Positions 37,578 through 50,296 of a DNA stretch of 64,000 nt are shown here, one piece after another (within the stretch, counting starts at the first letter, position 1; every line of letters begins with the position of its first letter). The translations under genes and the position numbers were made by a program. The stretch spans positions 5,006,352-5,070,351 of the forward strand of contig NC_057750.1 in NCBI RefSeq assembly GCF_004010195.1. The letters run 5' to 3'. Source of the stretch: Chiloscyllium plagiosum (lineage: Eukaryota). The notes beneath the pieces were generated by a model. That model made no database searches. It was given only the letters and a program-made list of their open reading frames with translations, and was not told the DNA's origin.

Positions 37578-38186
37578 TGTGACAAAATATGCCTTTAAGA
37601 GATGAGATTAGTTCTGTCTTTTAAAGAGGCATGTTGTAAACCTGGTGCAAAGATGTCTGTTCCATGGAAAGCAGAGTATATAGCTTTGGGTTTTTAATAC
37701 AAATATTAGACACAAGCAGCATGAGTGGGCAGAGTCAGGTTCTCAGACCCAGGGTTTTAGTTTTGTTTTCAGTTGTTTAAGTTGGGTTTTGGAGTTGAAG
37801 CTGCTAGATTCAGCTTGCTCTCTGTTGCTGCAAAGAGACAGCTTTCGCTTTGCTACTAGATTGCAGATTTTCCTTTTCTCCTGGACTGGAGAAGACTAAT
37901 GAAGGAAATCAGTTTTCCCAAATTTGCCTTTACCAAGGGATACTGCTATATTGGAACAGTTGTAGTAGTTAAAATATTTAATTTTGATAGAGTTCAAGTT
38001 ATGCCAATTTTGTTTGCCTGTATTTTAACTGTGGTGGAGGTAGACAGTGTGTTCCACTTAAAGCCAAGTAGTTTGACAAATCAAGTCACACCTGGAAGGC
38101 ACTTCCATTAGGATATAAAAGTTAGGATCGAGTCTAATCTGCGATGTGTTTTTTTGGGGGGGCGGTGGTTTGTTTGGTCCATAACA
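37578..38186 (+). mobile_element. Probable solo LTR
   Basis: tgtgac...tccataaca, near-TSD attt/attg. Confidence 0.55.
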
Positions 38187-39592
38187 ATTGGTCACATCTC
38201 TCCTGCAAAGCTGCCTTAAAATGACAACTATGACTGACTCTACAATGTCAAACCTCTTACTCACACTACTCTTCCAAACTGACCATTTCTAAACAACCAA
38301 AGACAGCTGGTTATATTCCAGGAAACGTTTCCAGGAATTCATTGTACGTTGATTGTGAAACAGTGTGAAAGAGAAGTTTCATTATTATTTTTAAATTACA
38401 TTTAAGGATATGCAGGTGAAGAGTATAGATTCTCATGCACACAAAGGAAGACTCCTTCAATGACCATTGGGTACTGCAGGAACTGGAATGAAAATCATTC
38501 CCCAAAACAAGTTTAGTTTTAGCCTGCAGACGTTATTTTGAAGTTTTATTATAATGCCCGACTGTAGTCTATCAGTTTTCTGGAGGCCTCCTCCAATCAA
38601 TGTGGCAGGGGTTGAAGGACATAACCAGCTACAAAATTGTGTGTACTTAATTGTGTTAAAGTTGCGTTTTGGTTATAACACCCCTTTAAGGGGTTGACCA
38701 TTATAGCAATAAAACTAAAACCAATTGGCTGATCAAAAAGTATAGAATGTCTTGAGGTTGACTTGATTAATTGATTCAATTTGATTAGGCGACTGTAGCT
38801 CCTACTTCCAGGCTAGAAGGTTCAAGTCCCACCTGCTACAGAAATGTGCTAGAACATAGCTATTCTTAATCAACATATTCAGATAACAGTAGTGAAAAGA
38901 CACTTGGGACAATGGTCATCAGGTAGGAGAGAGACCTGAGAGATTCTGTAAATCAAGCAACCATAAAGAAAAGGATTTGCATCTAGTTTCATAATTCACC
39001 ATCTGGCTGGAGATCCAATTAAGATGAGGAATTGTGGTTGCCCAATGACAAATAGGGTGTTCTGACATTTCATCACTATTCCTCATGGAAAATATACACC
39101 GGTTACATAATCTACTCAGGAAATTGACCAATCCAAGGGTGCTGAAATAGCTTTGGAGGAAGAACTTGAATTGAGCAGTGATCAAGGTGAATATTTCTGG
39201 CACAGCAGGCTGCATAGGACAATGATCTTTGAGCGGGCATAGTCCGAGACGGCGTTTACAACTGGACAACAATAAGCCCTTTGTCCACTGGAAATTGAAG
39301 TATTTTGTTCAAATAAGCAGCAGTGTTATAGGGAGTGATGTCATCTCAGCGCATGACCACCCTCAAAAACACTGTTTGCATTTCTAAAGTGCTCTACATC
39401 ATCAGCTTCTTCAAAACAAAAACCCTTTTCTTAACCATACAATCTTAAAAACAGTCTAGCTTGGAGAACAGTAAACATAGCCTCAAATTAGTTTCCCTTT
39501 CCCTACAAAAGGCACAGACTCTCATCAAAAGACAATCATTCTGCAATTAGAGGAAGAACGTAAACTCTACATCATATTTCTGAAATACACAA

Positions 39593-39900
39593 GCAGCATG
39601 GTGGCTAGCACTGCTCCCTCACAGCACCATGGATCCCAGCTGTGGGTGACTTTATGGAGTCTGCACGTTCTCCTAATATCTGTGTGGGTTTCCTCTAGTT
39701 TGCTTCCACAATCCAAAGCTTGCAGGTTATGTGAATTGGCCATGCTAAATTGCCCCAGTGTCCAGAGATGTGCAGGCTAGGTGATTAGCCATGATAAAAT
39801 GCAGGGTGGTTGGGTATGGAGTTGGGTGGGATGCTCTTTGGATAGTCAGTGTGGACTCGACGGGCCAAATAGCATGCTTCCACATTGTAGGGATTCTATT
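39593..39900 (+). mobile_element. V-SINE (HE1-like), diverged
   Basis: Head gtggctagcactgctccctcacag, tail tgtagggattctat. Confidence 0.8.
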
Positions 39901-40149
39901 ATACACAATTTGGAATCAATGAATATTTTAGATTTTAATAAAGCATATCATAGCCATTCTAATACGGAGAGGGAAACCGGAACTCTAAAACTAAAAGCTA
40001 TTTAATCTCACAACTCTAGAAAAAAACTAAAAACAGTGAAATGGAGTTAGATTGAATGATTATATTTTGGAAATAATTGGTCTGAACAAACTGTATTTGC
40101 TATTTTCACAGATCCTTTGAATGACTAAACTAGAATACAAAAGGATGAG

Positions 40150-40465
40150 GGACTCGAGTCCTCATTCTCAGGACTTGTGGCCATTTCCAAGCGATATTTC
40201 AGTGATCACGTAACACTCTTCTGAAGAGGAGCAGGGATATTCTCTCCAGTGTTCTACTCTATATTTCCATCTTGGCAAAAACAAAACCACCAAATCAGGT
40301 CATTTTTTGTAATGGTTACAAATCACGTGGGATCTTGCTGTGCACAAATTGATTGCCATGTTTCTGATATTAAAAAACTCCTCAGTATTGTAAAATACTT
40401 GATCAGCTGTAAAGCACTTTAAAGGTTTCCAGAGAGATTGCGAAAGACGTTAAATAAATATATGC
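40150..40465 (+). mobile_element. SacSINE1/Deu-SINE-like element (related copies ~37130-37330 + and 52315-52740 -)
   Basis: gtgggatcttgctgtgcacaaatt...gctgtaaagcacttt...ataaat tail (recalled consensus). Confidence 0.6.
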
Positions 40466-40984
40466 CCTCCTTCGCTGGCAGACAGCAGCTTCCCTCCAGT
40501 GGAAAACAGTTTTTCAAAAGAATCAAATTTGTCAGGTGGCACAAATATTTCAACATGTTGCCAAATTAAACCTTGATGCAAGACAGACACTGGTTTTGCA
40601 ATTTACACACCGTGAGTATAATAAGGATTACATGAAAGCTACTGCTTCTAGATTAAGATTAAACATCCCAGCTCACGTACATCCCAGATATCCAAAGCTA
40701 TCCAAGACAATGGCACACATTTTACTGCTGAGAGGTTGACAGACCATGAGAAATGCCTGAAACAATACCAGGCCCATCCCATTAGGATAAACAGCAATTT
40801 ACATTCAGCTTCTAGCATCAATAGCTGCAGCTCAAAACAGAATGAATCTGCACACTCCCAAAGATTTAAGGCAGCTAGACCTTGAGTGCATACTGCATAA
40901 TAAAAACCAACATTGGTTTGTTTCTGAATTTTTTTCTGCTTTATGAACACAGACTTTTGGAACAGCTACCAATTCTCCCATAGT

Positions 40985-41715
40985 ATTCTGCAAGTTGTTG
41001 GCCGGTTCACAGAGCTGGTTTTTCTTGCAAACGTTTCGTCACTCTCCTGGTGAGATCTTCAGGATGAAGCACTGTGGCGATTTGACCCAATGTATACGGT
41101 TCTGTCTGTTGTGGCAGGTGGGTCTACTTCTGATTTAGAGATGCCAGTGTTGGACTGGACTGTACAAAAGTTAAAAATCACAACACCAGGTTATAGTCCA
41201 ACAGGTTTAATTGGAAGCACACTAGCTTTCGGAGCGCTACTCCATCAGGTGATTGGGAGTGGCACTCCGAAAGCTAGTATGCTTCCAATTAAACCTGTTG
41301 GACTATAACCTGGTGTTGTGAGATTTTTAACTGGGTCTACTTCTGTTTATATAGTGTAGTGGTCTGCAGATGGGGTCTATTTCAACGTGGTTATGGTACC
41401 AATAGATGAATACCAGGCCTCCAGGAATTCCTAAGCTTGTCTTTGTTTAGCCTTTTCCAGTATCGTAATATTTTCCCAGTTGAATTAGTGTCCTTCATTG
41501 TCAAGGTGTATTGACTGATATCACTGATCATGTTTTGTTACAAGTGATGCTAGTGTATTCTGGTGACAAGTTTCAATGACAGCGCTTCATCTGGAGGCTA
41601 GACAGCGCTGAAGATGTCACTCAGAAGGCGGACGAAATGTTTGCAAGAAAATTAGGTAGCTTGGCGAACTGATTGAAGTTGTTAATCACAACCCAAGCTA
41701 CAGATCTTCACAATT
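40985..41715. mobile_element. Penelope-like retroelement remnant with inverted termini and a nested family-A insertion (41133-41331)
   Basis: Minus-strand DNEGH*FNWENITILEKAKQRQA*EFLEAWYS resembles the GIY-YIG C-terminal region; hammerhead-like cores at both ends; 14-bp TSD tgggtctacttctg around the nested insert. Confidence 0.75.
41605..41644 (+). ncRNA. Minimal hammerhead ribozyme motif (family D, Penelope terminal repeat)
   Basis: gcg-CTGAAGA-t-GTC...GAC-GAAA-tg-TT/tgc. Confidence 0.6.
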
Positions 41716-44700
41716 CTGAAAGCTGGAGGTATGGGCAGGGAGGAACTGGTAAACCTTTCTCCTTGAAGTTTAACTCAAATTTTTTTTGGTAGGAGCCACA
41801 AAGAAGCAAATCCAAGATTCCAGCAATTAACTGGACTTACAATGACATGGCAAAGTATTAAAAAATATTGACCCACATCTACTTGAAGCATTACTGAAAC
41901 TGGGAATGTTTTCTTTCATTACTTAAAGTTAACCAAATAGTAGACAAAAAGTGTTCCTTGCAGATTATCTTTACAATCAAGAGACAGCCTGAAGCAGTTA
42001 GCAGTCAAATTAAATGGTTGGAAAATTTTCATGGAACATGTGACGAAATTCTTTGCCCACCCATCCTCTAATGCCAGGAAATATAGCAATTTCAAAATCT
42101 AAAGATACTCAGGTCTCGATGGAATGTAGATTTCACACAAAATCCTCCCTTTCAAACACCTTAGTTAATGGTGTTAAAATGCAAAAATAGAAGGGAGGCA
42201 AAAAAAAGAGACAAAAGCAATTTGCAGAATTGAACTGAATGAATACGATCAACTGTGGGATGTGAAAAAAACCATGAAAACTGCTGGATTGACATAAAAA
42301 CCCAACTGGTTCAGCAATGACTTTTCAGTCAAAAGATGTGCAGATTAGTGGATTGGCCATGCTAAATGCCCCGACATCCAGACTGGGTGGATAAGCTATA
42401 GGAAATGCAGGGTTATAGGGAGGGGGATGCTCTGCAGAGGGTTGGTGTGGGTTTGATGGGCTAATGGCCTGCTTTGTGCTGTAGAATCCCACAGAAGTTA
42501 GATAAAAAGAAAATTAAATTGTTCGGCTGAGAAACATTTCCCTGCACTTGAAATATTCACTTGAATGCCACTGCTGCCTCATTATAGCAGCTTCAGAAAC
42601 GTATGGTATTTCTGCACTGAAGCACCAACATGAATTATGCACAAGTGTCTAAAGTGCAGATTCGCTTAAGAACCTTTTGAAAAAAAAAGTTGTTTGGAGG
42701 GTCACTGGACCAGAAACATTAACTCTGCTTTCTCTCCACAGATGTTGTAAAACTCCACAAGTCTGACAACAATTTCTGATTTTGTTTAAGCATTTGCAGG
42801 GCTCCTTTAACATAAGGAAACTCCCCAAGGACAAATTTTGAACCAGGACAGTTGCTCAGAAACTCAAAGGAGTGGGTTTTAAGAAAAAATTTAAATAGGC
42901 TGCTCGAGAAGCGGAAATTCCACAACTTTGGGTGTGTGACTAAAAGGACACACCATCCCAAGCAACATCAGTTTATTATAGAGCAAAGTAGGGAGAACAC
43001 CAAGAGTTGACCATTTGCTGACTGCATCCTAAAGAATGCATAAAAACAATTTTAAAGCATACTTCTAGCCAGGAAAATGCCAGCAGACTAGACTTCCTCA
43101 GCCAAGTGACTGCCAACTCAGGCAGACTAATAAGCTGAATAGCGGATACTGCAATGCTGGCACAAACAAAATGCTACTCAAGCATCTGACTAAGGTGATG
43201 GCGCCAGTCTTAATTAATCAGTACAACCTCTGCAGAGCACTCATCTGGAAACTATAAACATGCTCTATTAGAACACTATTAAACAGAGTGAGTTTGCATG
43301 AAGGAAGAAGGGTTGCAAGAGAGTTCAGAACCTTAGTAAGAAGGAAGGTGCAAACCCCTGGATGGATGTAACTTGCTGGATTTGTTGGCATTAGCCACAG
43401 AATTGTCCGATTTTAAGAAAGGTGTCTCAACAGTTGTTGGTTTTACTGACTTTATTATTTCCAGATATTAGTAACAAATCAGATAGACTGGGAAGAGATT
43501 CATTTCTGCTGGTTGGGTCATAGTTCAGGTAGCACAGTTTTGAGGTTAGACCAAACTTTTCAGGCAGAGCTTGGAGAACACTTTACACTAAGTGGCAGGC
43601 TTTCAATTCTTTCACAAAGGTAACTGATTAACAATTGTTAAGGGAGATAAAGGAATAATGAAGAAATGTTGGATTTATAGAATTAGGTTTAGATCAGCCA
43701 CCAGATGACAATAGGATTGAAGGGCAAAAAAGTCAGCTCCATTGCTGTGGTCCTGTGCATACTTTGTTCAAGACTCTGGTGCTAAAACTACTCAAAAAGC
43801 AAACATACGATGGTAATTTCTCCAGCCTGATACCCACTGCAAATACAGATTGCTCTGAAGTCAAGATTCTCGGTAAATCCAACTGAGACAAAAACTTTTC
43901 AGAGCTAAACTGCAGTCTCCCTTTGGGCCCTTTATTACAAAAGGTAGACAGCATTCAAAAGCAGCTAAGTACTGCACTATGTGCTGTCACATGCTCAGTT
44001 CAGGAGCTCTGGATGGTGAATTGTAGATCATGGACATGAAATGTAACTTGCTGCCAGTCCTTCATTACTGAAGGTGGCTACGTACTTGACCCCATTGTCT
44101 TCCACTGGACTTCAGTTCAATGGAATGATGTCATTGAAAAATTGTGTTTAAGATCATTATGAAATCATTGCTCAATTGAAGAACCTGAAGCTGGATTATA
44201 ATAGAATACCTACTACTGAATACCTAATACCTAAAACTGTACAAAACTGTGGTTGCAATATTCATTGATGGGACAATTAGGATCTGTGACAAAACAGATG
44301 AAGAGCACACGGGTATAATTCATATTTCAGGTCATTGAGGTACACAGGTAGCACCCCTCCTCTGGGCAAGGAGGTCCAGATTCAAATTTCACCTGCCCCA
44401 GAGAACTATCAAAACACATCCAAAAATGTTAATTATAGCTAACACTTCAGGAGATGAATCCAGTCTTGAAATTGCAAGTTAGTCTAATAACAAGATATAA
44501 ACATATATCCATGGCTTTTCCACATTATTTTAACTTTGAGTGTTTCAACAGTCAAATTCACACAGCCTCTCTCCTTTATCACAATATTCCAAAGACCTGG
44601 AACTCTGGTGGCTGTCACATGCTATGAGAAATCCAGAAGTCGTAGAAGGAGCTCTATAAAAGCAACATTTCCTTTCCAAATAGAACTATAGAACTGGTGC

Positions 44701-45734
44701 AGGCTGTCAACTGAACTCAACAGTTTGTTAGTTACAAGGTAGTCAGGAAAGAAAACCATATCAAAATTAATCCCTAATCAGCTTTAAACTTCACCCTAGT
44801 TAAACTGTCCAATGCATTATTTTAGGAATAAAATGCAACCTTATTTAAAAAGGCACACATTGATTTTAGATCCCTGAAGGGATAAGATGTTTATTAAACT
44901 AAATTGGGCAATTTAAAAGAAAATCCTTCATTTCCTAGAACAGGTCAGCTGCAAAATGAGCAGAGTTTTTCCACAGATGAGCCTAATCAATATTATTAAA
45001 ATCATGCAGACCTCAATCTATCACTGCCAAGGGGCACAGGATCTTTCAGAAATAATGCACCCTGGAACTTCTGAACCCTGAAGATCATAGTTTGTGCTAT
45101 AACAAATGAATTCAGTGTGTCATATCTTCAAAGGGCATTTCTGACCAGTCACTTTTTAAGAATTCACTTAAGTCAACGCATATAGACAGCAAACAAGATA
45201 CACAATCAATTAAGGTTAAGGGATGAATTGAATATCCATAATTGATTCATACCACTAGAACATGAAGATCTGATTGCGTAGACGAAATCTAGGGTGTACA
45301 TCGTAGACAAGAAACCGCTCGATATGCAATATTGACGTGCCAGATTAGATTACTGGCTCAAGAGCTAAAGGCAAACACCATAAGATAACCCACTGGAGGC
45401 CAGGCATAACAACCACCCCCTGACAATGTTTATCAGGCTCCAATGTAGCCTCCACTGAAAGCTTTTAATAACCAGCACCGCAGGGACTACCTTCCTCAGG
45501 TTTTATTCTCTTGGCCCTGCAATAACATCAACCCCACAAACTCCACCACTTATTAACCAAGCTTTGCAAATACCCCTCTTTCAACATATTATCCCCAGAT
45601 GGTATTAACCAGGTCTACCAGGTACACTCAAACCAGCACCAGATAGGAACCTGGAGAAGGGCTAACAGGCTGTACAATGACACCTCCCCTTAGGGTTTTA
45701 TTAAACAGGGACCTACAGCAGGCTGCACATTTAA

Positions 45735-46255
45735 TAACCACCCGCTGCACAGACCACTCCCCCTCCCACCCCCAGGAGTTTACTAACCATTCCCTGCACA
45801 AACCCCCACCCCCCCAGGGGATTTACTAACCATTCCCTGCACAGACCCACCCCAGGGGTTTACTAACCAGCTCCTGACCCCCACCCCCCCCCCAGGGGAG
45901 TTTATACACCAACTCCCACACAGACCCCTGACCCCCACCCCCACGGGGAGTTTACTAACCATTCTCTGCACAGACCCCCACCCCCCCCAGGGGAGTTTAT
46001 ACACCANNNNNNNNNNNNNNNNNNNNNNNNNNNNNNNNNNNNNNNNNNNNNNNNNNNNNNNNNNNNNNNNNNNNNNNNNNNNNNNNNNNNNNNNNNNNNN
46101 NNNNNNNNNNNNNNNNNNNNNNNNNNNNNNNNNNNNNNNNNNNNNNNNNNNNNNNNNNNNNNNNNNNNNNNNNCCGGGGTTTACTAACCAGCCCCTGCAC
46201 AGACCCCCCCCTGGGGGTTTATACACCAGCCCCTGCGCAGACCCCCACCCCCGGT
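45735..46255. repeat. C/G-rich ~50-nt minisatellite at the 5' end of NAPA intron 1 (contains gap 46007-46173)
   Basis: Unit approximately ggggagtttactaaccattccctgcacagacccccacccccc. Confidence 0.9.
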
Positions 46256-46275
46256 TCCCGCGCAGACCCTCTCAC

Positions 46276-46373
46276 CCGAACAAGGAGACGATGAAGGAGC
46301 GGGCCGAGCGGACTTTCTTCTCGGCCTCGGCCATTAGGCCCATCGCCTCCCGCTCCTTGGCCGAGTTGTCCAT
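46276..46373 (-). CDS. NAPA: alpha-SNAP coding exon 1 (98 nt) MDNSAKEREAMGLMAEAEKKVRSARSFIVSLFG
   Basis: ATG in a CpG island, homologous to the alpha-SNAP N-terminus, GTGAG donor. Confidence 0.96.
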
Positions 46374-46475
46374 CGCCGCTCGAGCTGCTTCCGACCCGGG
46401 CCCCTGACCTCTCCGTTACGTCACTTCCGCCAGCCTTAAACCCCGCCCCGTCACGTGACCGCAGGCCCGACTGGG
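46374..46475 (-). promoter_or_regulatory. NAPA CpG-island promoter: ETS-CRE composite, GC box, CLEAR/E-box palindrome
   Basis: ttacgtcacttccg (46416-46429; CGGAAGTGACGTAA on minus), ccccgcccc (46441-46449), GTCACGTGAC (46450-46459). Confidence 0.75.
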
Positions 46476-46620
46476 GGAAAACTTGCTCAACAACAACAAC
46501 AACAACTTACAGCCACTTTGGGTTTACCTGCCATTCAGGGAAAAGTGAAGGAGAAACCTATTTTATTTGAAATGACTTGTTTAAAATCTTCCCTTCATTT
46601 GCAATATTGACAATGGTTGT

Positions 46621-46832
46621 CAGAGTTAAAAATCACACAACACCAGGTTATAGTCCAACAAGTTTAATTGGGAGCACACTAGCTTTCAGAGCACTGCTCC
46701 TTCATCAGATAGCTTTATCAGGAGCAGCGCTCCGAAAGCTAGTGCTTCCAAATAAACCTGTTGGACTATAACCTGGTGTTATGTGATTGTCAGCTTTGTT
46801 CACCCCAGTCCAACACGGGCACCTCCACATTA
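46621..46832. mobile_element. Palindromic element family A in the NAPA-SARS2 spacer
   Basis: Inverted repeats; flanking near-TSD gacaatgg(t/g)tgt; minus-strand CTGATGA-a-ggagc-agt-gctct-GAAA-gc-TA core. Confidence 0.75.
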
Positions 46833-47109
46833 CGACAATGGGTGTGTTATTGCACTGTCAACCCAGAGGCTATGTCCACTGATCTGTGAATTTGTTCGAT
46901 TTATAAAACTGGAATTAAAGGCAACTCTCAGTATTGCTGACCAAGAAACTACTTATTGTCATAAAAACTCACCTACAGGGAGAGGCCGAATTGGCTGGGG
47001 CTCTGCTCTTTTCCCTGGAGCATTGGAGGCTGCCAGGTGACCTTACAGAACAACAATAAAACATGATGTGGAGGTTCTGTCACAGAAGCGCTTCACAGGA
47101 GGCTCCCAA

Positions 47110-47149
47110 GCACTGAGGATGTCACCTAGACAGGGGATGAAACGTCTGC
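47110..47149 (+). ncRNA. Minimal hammerhead ribozyme motif (family D), intact
   Basis: gca-CTGAGGA-t-GTCACC-tagaca-GGGGAT-GAAA-cg-TC/tgc. Confidence 0.68.
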
Positions 47150-49274
47150 AACACAAATTCCCAGCTTGGCGAACAGAACCACAACAGAATATAAGGGGTC
47201 TTTTAAAGAAAATAGTTTTAAGCTAGGAAATAACTTTAAAGTGTTGTAGTTGACCACAAAAAGAAGCAGCAGAGGTATTTCACAATAAAGCTTATAGTAT
47301 GATAAGAGAAACTGGATAAAAGAACAAGCTGTAACAAACAAGGAACAAAGAATGCAGACAAGGACAGCAGGATGGCCAGATAAGAAAATAACTAAGAAGT
47401 GAGGTAATTGGCTTATGATAGGATGGGAAAACTGAATAAGAAAGCTAATATGCTCTATTTTCGCGCGCATTTCTGCTTGATTGCAGAAGCGTCCGGTTCT
47501 TGCAAGGCTGTAATAAATTGTTCTTGTTTCCAAGGCTTTGTCTCAGGCTGATTGACTTGTGAGTGAGTTCTGTTTCTCACACTGGTGTTGTGTGTTTTTT
47601 TTTAACAACAAAACAGAAATTGCTGGAAAAGCCCAGCACGATCTGTGGAGAGAAATCAGAGTTAACATTTTGGGTCGAGTGACCATTCCTCAGAACCTTA
47701 TAGAGGTTGAAAAATCATCAGGGGCGTGTACATCCAAAGTCTTTGTCCAGGGTAAGGGAATCCAAATCTAGACAGCAGAGGTTTAAGTTGAGAGGGAAAG
47801 ATTTTAAAAAGACCTGAGGGATAACCTTTTTTACTCAAAGGGCGGTGGATGAATGGAATGAGCTGTCAGAAGAAGTGGTGGAGGCTGGTACAATTACAAA
47901 ATTTAAAAGGCATCTGCATGGGTGCATGAATAGTAAAGATTTAGAGGGATATGGGCCAAATGCTGGCAAATGGGACTAGATTAATTTAGGATATCTGGTT
48001 GGCAAGAACAAGTCAGACCAAAGGGTCTGTTTCCTTAAAGTACAACTCTCTGACTATAATATCCTTTGGAATTCTGCCAAACTTACTTGGCATGACTGAC
48101 AACATATGACTCCAGACTTCTAATGAAAAGTCTCTGGACCCGAAACATTGACTCTCCATTCTCTTCACAAATGCTGCCAGACCAGCTGAGTTTCTCCAGC
48201 AATTTCTGTTTATGTTGCCACAACAATTTGACTCTTAACAGTCTGAGATATCCAGGCATGCCACTCAGCTGAGCACAAATAGGAATATGCAATAAGTGTA
48301 GGTCTGAATTATAGAGAATATACATTTCATCTAAATAATATTCAATCATTATTGTAGAATAGTGTGATAGTTCTGGATGTTGCACTTTTGGATGGATGTT
48401 GAAGATTTAGAGAGAATGCAAAGTAGATTTAGCATGAACAAAGAATAAGGAACTTCAGTGATGTGGATAGACTGGACGAGCAATGTCTTTTTGGACACAA
48501 TTTTGAAGAGGTTTGCTTATGATGTTAAAAATTGTAAGCGTCTTCAAAAGAGTAGGTAGGGAGAAATTGTTTCTGTCCTCAGAAGAATCAATAACACTAA
48601 GACACTGACTTAAAGCGATTGAAGAACAGCCAGAGGAAGGAGTGGAGACAGATACAACATTTAAAAGGCATCTGGGTGGGAACATGATTCGGAAAGGTTT
48701 AGAGGGATATGGGCCAAAGGCTGGTAAATGATGAGATTAATTTACGATATCTGGTCACAATGGATAAGGGGATCAAAGGTTACAGGAGAAAGCAGGAGTA
48801 TGGGTTTGAGAAATTTAACAGCTATGATTGAATAGCAGTGCAGACTCGATAGGCTGAACAGCCTAATTTCTGCTCTTGTGGTCTTATGGACAAGTTGGAC
48901 TGAAGGGTCTGTTTCCGTACTGTATATCTCTATGACTCTATAAGTGGTTAGGATCTAGAATGCACTGTCTGAACAAGGTGTATTCAATAAGGCATTCTAA
49001 AGAGAAATAATTATCAGAAGAGAAACAAAAAATTGCATGGCTGGGGAACAGGCACAGAGTTGAGTTACTCTTAGAGAGCTAGCATGGACATGATGGGCTG
49101 AATGGTCTCTTTTGGTGCTGTAAGCATTCTGTAGTTCAGTGATATCAATATTTTTTCCCATAGTATTTGGAAACCAATACGTTAAAAAGGTTTGGAGACC
49201 TTAAACAAGATATTTAGCATTAAATAGCCACTACAGGATTCTTTCTTGCTGGAGTCTGCTGGAAGGGGGCATTA

Positions 49275-49340
49275 CAAACAGACCCGCCCATTCTATTGCG
49301 TCATCGCGTTACGTGCGGTCAAAGGTTAGCAAGATGGCGG
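49275..49340 (+). promoter_or_regulatory. SARS2 proximal promoter
   Basis: GC box cccgccc, CRE-like tgcgtca and ttacgtg, and YY1-type aagATGGCGG overlapping the start codon, at the edge of a CpG island. Confidence 0.65.
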
Positions 49341-49627
49341 CGCCCTGGTGCAAGCGGCTGCTCCAGGGATGGGTCTTCTTTTCGGGCCTCGTCCCCCGGG
49401 CCTTGAGTAGCCGGAGCCGTGCGGTTGCTGCCCGGTGGCAGGACCCCGGCCGCTGCCCCTTTTTCCGGGCCTACTGCCGCAGGAGCAGCCTATATGACCA
49501 TGTGAGGGATGGCTATTCAGACAGGCCCCAGCTGGACATGGGGCGGGTCTGCAGCAATACCCAGGCGGTGCTGGATAATGTGCGGAATCGCAAGGGCGAG
49601 CTGACCGGGGACGATGTGGCTGACATC
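49334..49627 (+). CDS. SARS2: Mitochondrial seryl-tRNA synthetase exon 1 (294 nt), Arg-rich presequence then SLYDHVRDGYSDRPQLDM...RKGELTGDDVADI
   Basis: Homologous to human LLYEYAREGYSALPQLDI...RKGELRSADLPAI; GTGAGT donor. Confidence 0.93.
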
Positions 49628-50296
49628 GTGAGTTCACCCCGTATCCTTAACCATCCCCACTAGCTGGATGAGTATATGAATAGGAAAGGTTTATGGACCA
49701 AATGCCGGCAAATAGGACTAAATTACTGTAATTTAGGATATCTGGTCAGCATGAACAAGCCTGGAAGGGTCTGTCTCCGTGCTGTACATCTCTATGATTG
49801 AGTTGGCCGAGCAGGTTCAACAGTCTGAATGGCCTGCTCCTGTCCCGAGGAGGACAGGATAGACAAACCATGATACATGGTTTATACCATAACGTGATAT
49901 ACCATGACAGCAGACCTGCAAAGATTAGGCGCAAGTATGTATTTGTCGGACCGCAGGATCAGTTTCTGTACCGTTCATGTCTATGACCCCCTGCAAGAAT
50001 TGAACCCTGGTCTCTGGCGCTGTGAGGCAGCAGTGCTAACCACTGTGCCACCGTGCCGCCCACATGATATACCATGACAGCAGACCTTCTGCAAAGAGTA
50101 GGCGCAAGTATGTATTTGTCGGACTGCAGGATCAGTTTCTGTACCGTTCATGTCTATGACCCCCTGCAACACCATCCAAACAGTACTAGGTCTCAGGGCC
50201 ACGCAGACGTTGCTGGAGAAACTCAGCAGGTCGGCCGACTTCTGTGAAGAGAGAAAGTGGGATTAACGTTTCAAGTTGAGTGACTCTTCTGCAGAC

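Noticed and set aside
22503..46373. Calling the SNAP gene NAPB, which would make the neighbour plain INSM1
   Set aside because: 295-aa length, the ...IQGEESDLR end, MDSPLL, HFCVDML, GNAFKK and adjacency to SARS2 all favour NAPA.
47190..47581. Possible solo LTR in the NAPA-SARS2 spacer
   Set aside because: Has AATAAA and a CA end but no clean TG start or TSD; not enough support.
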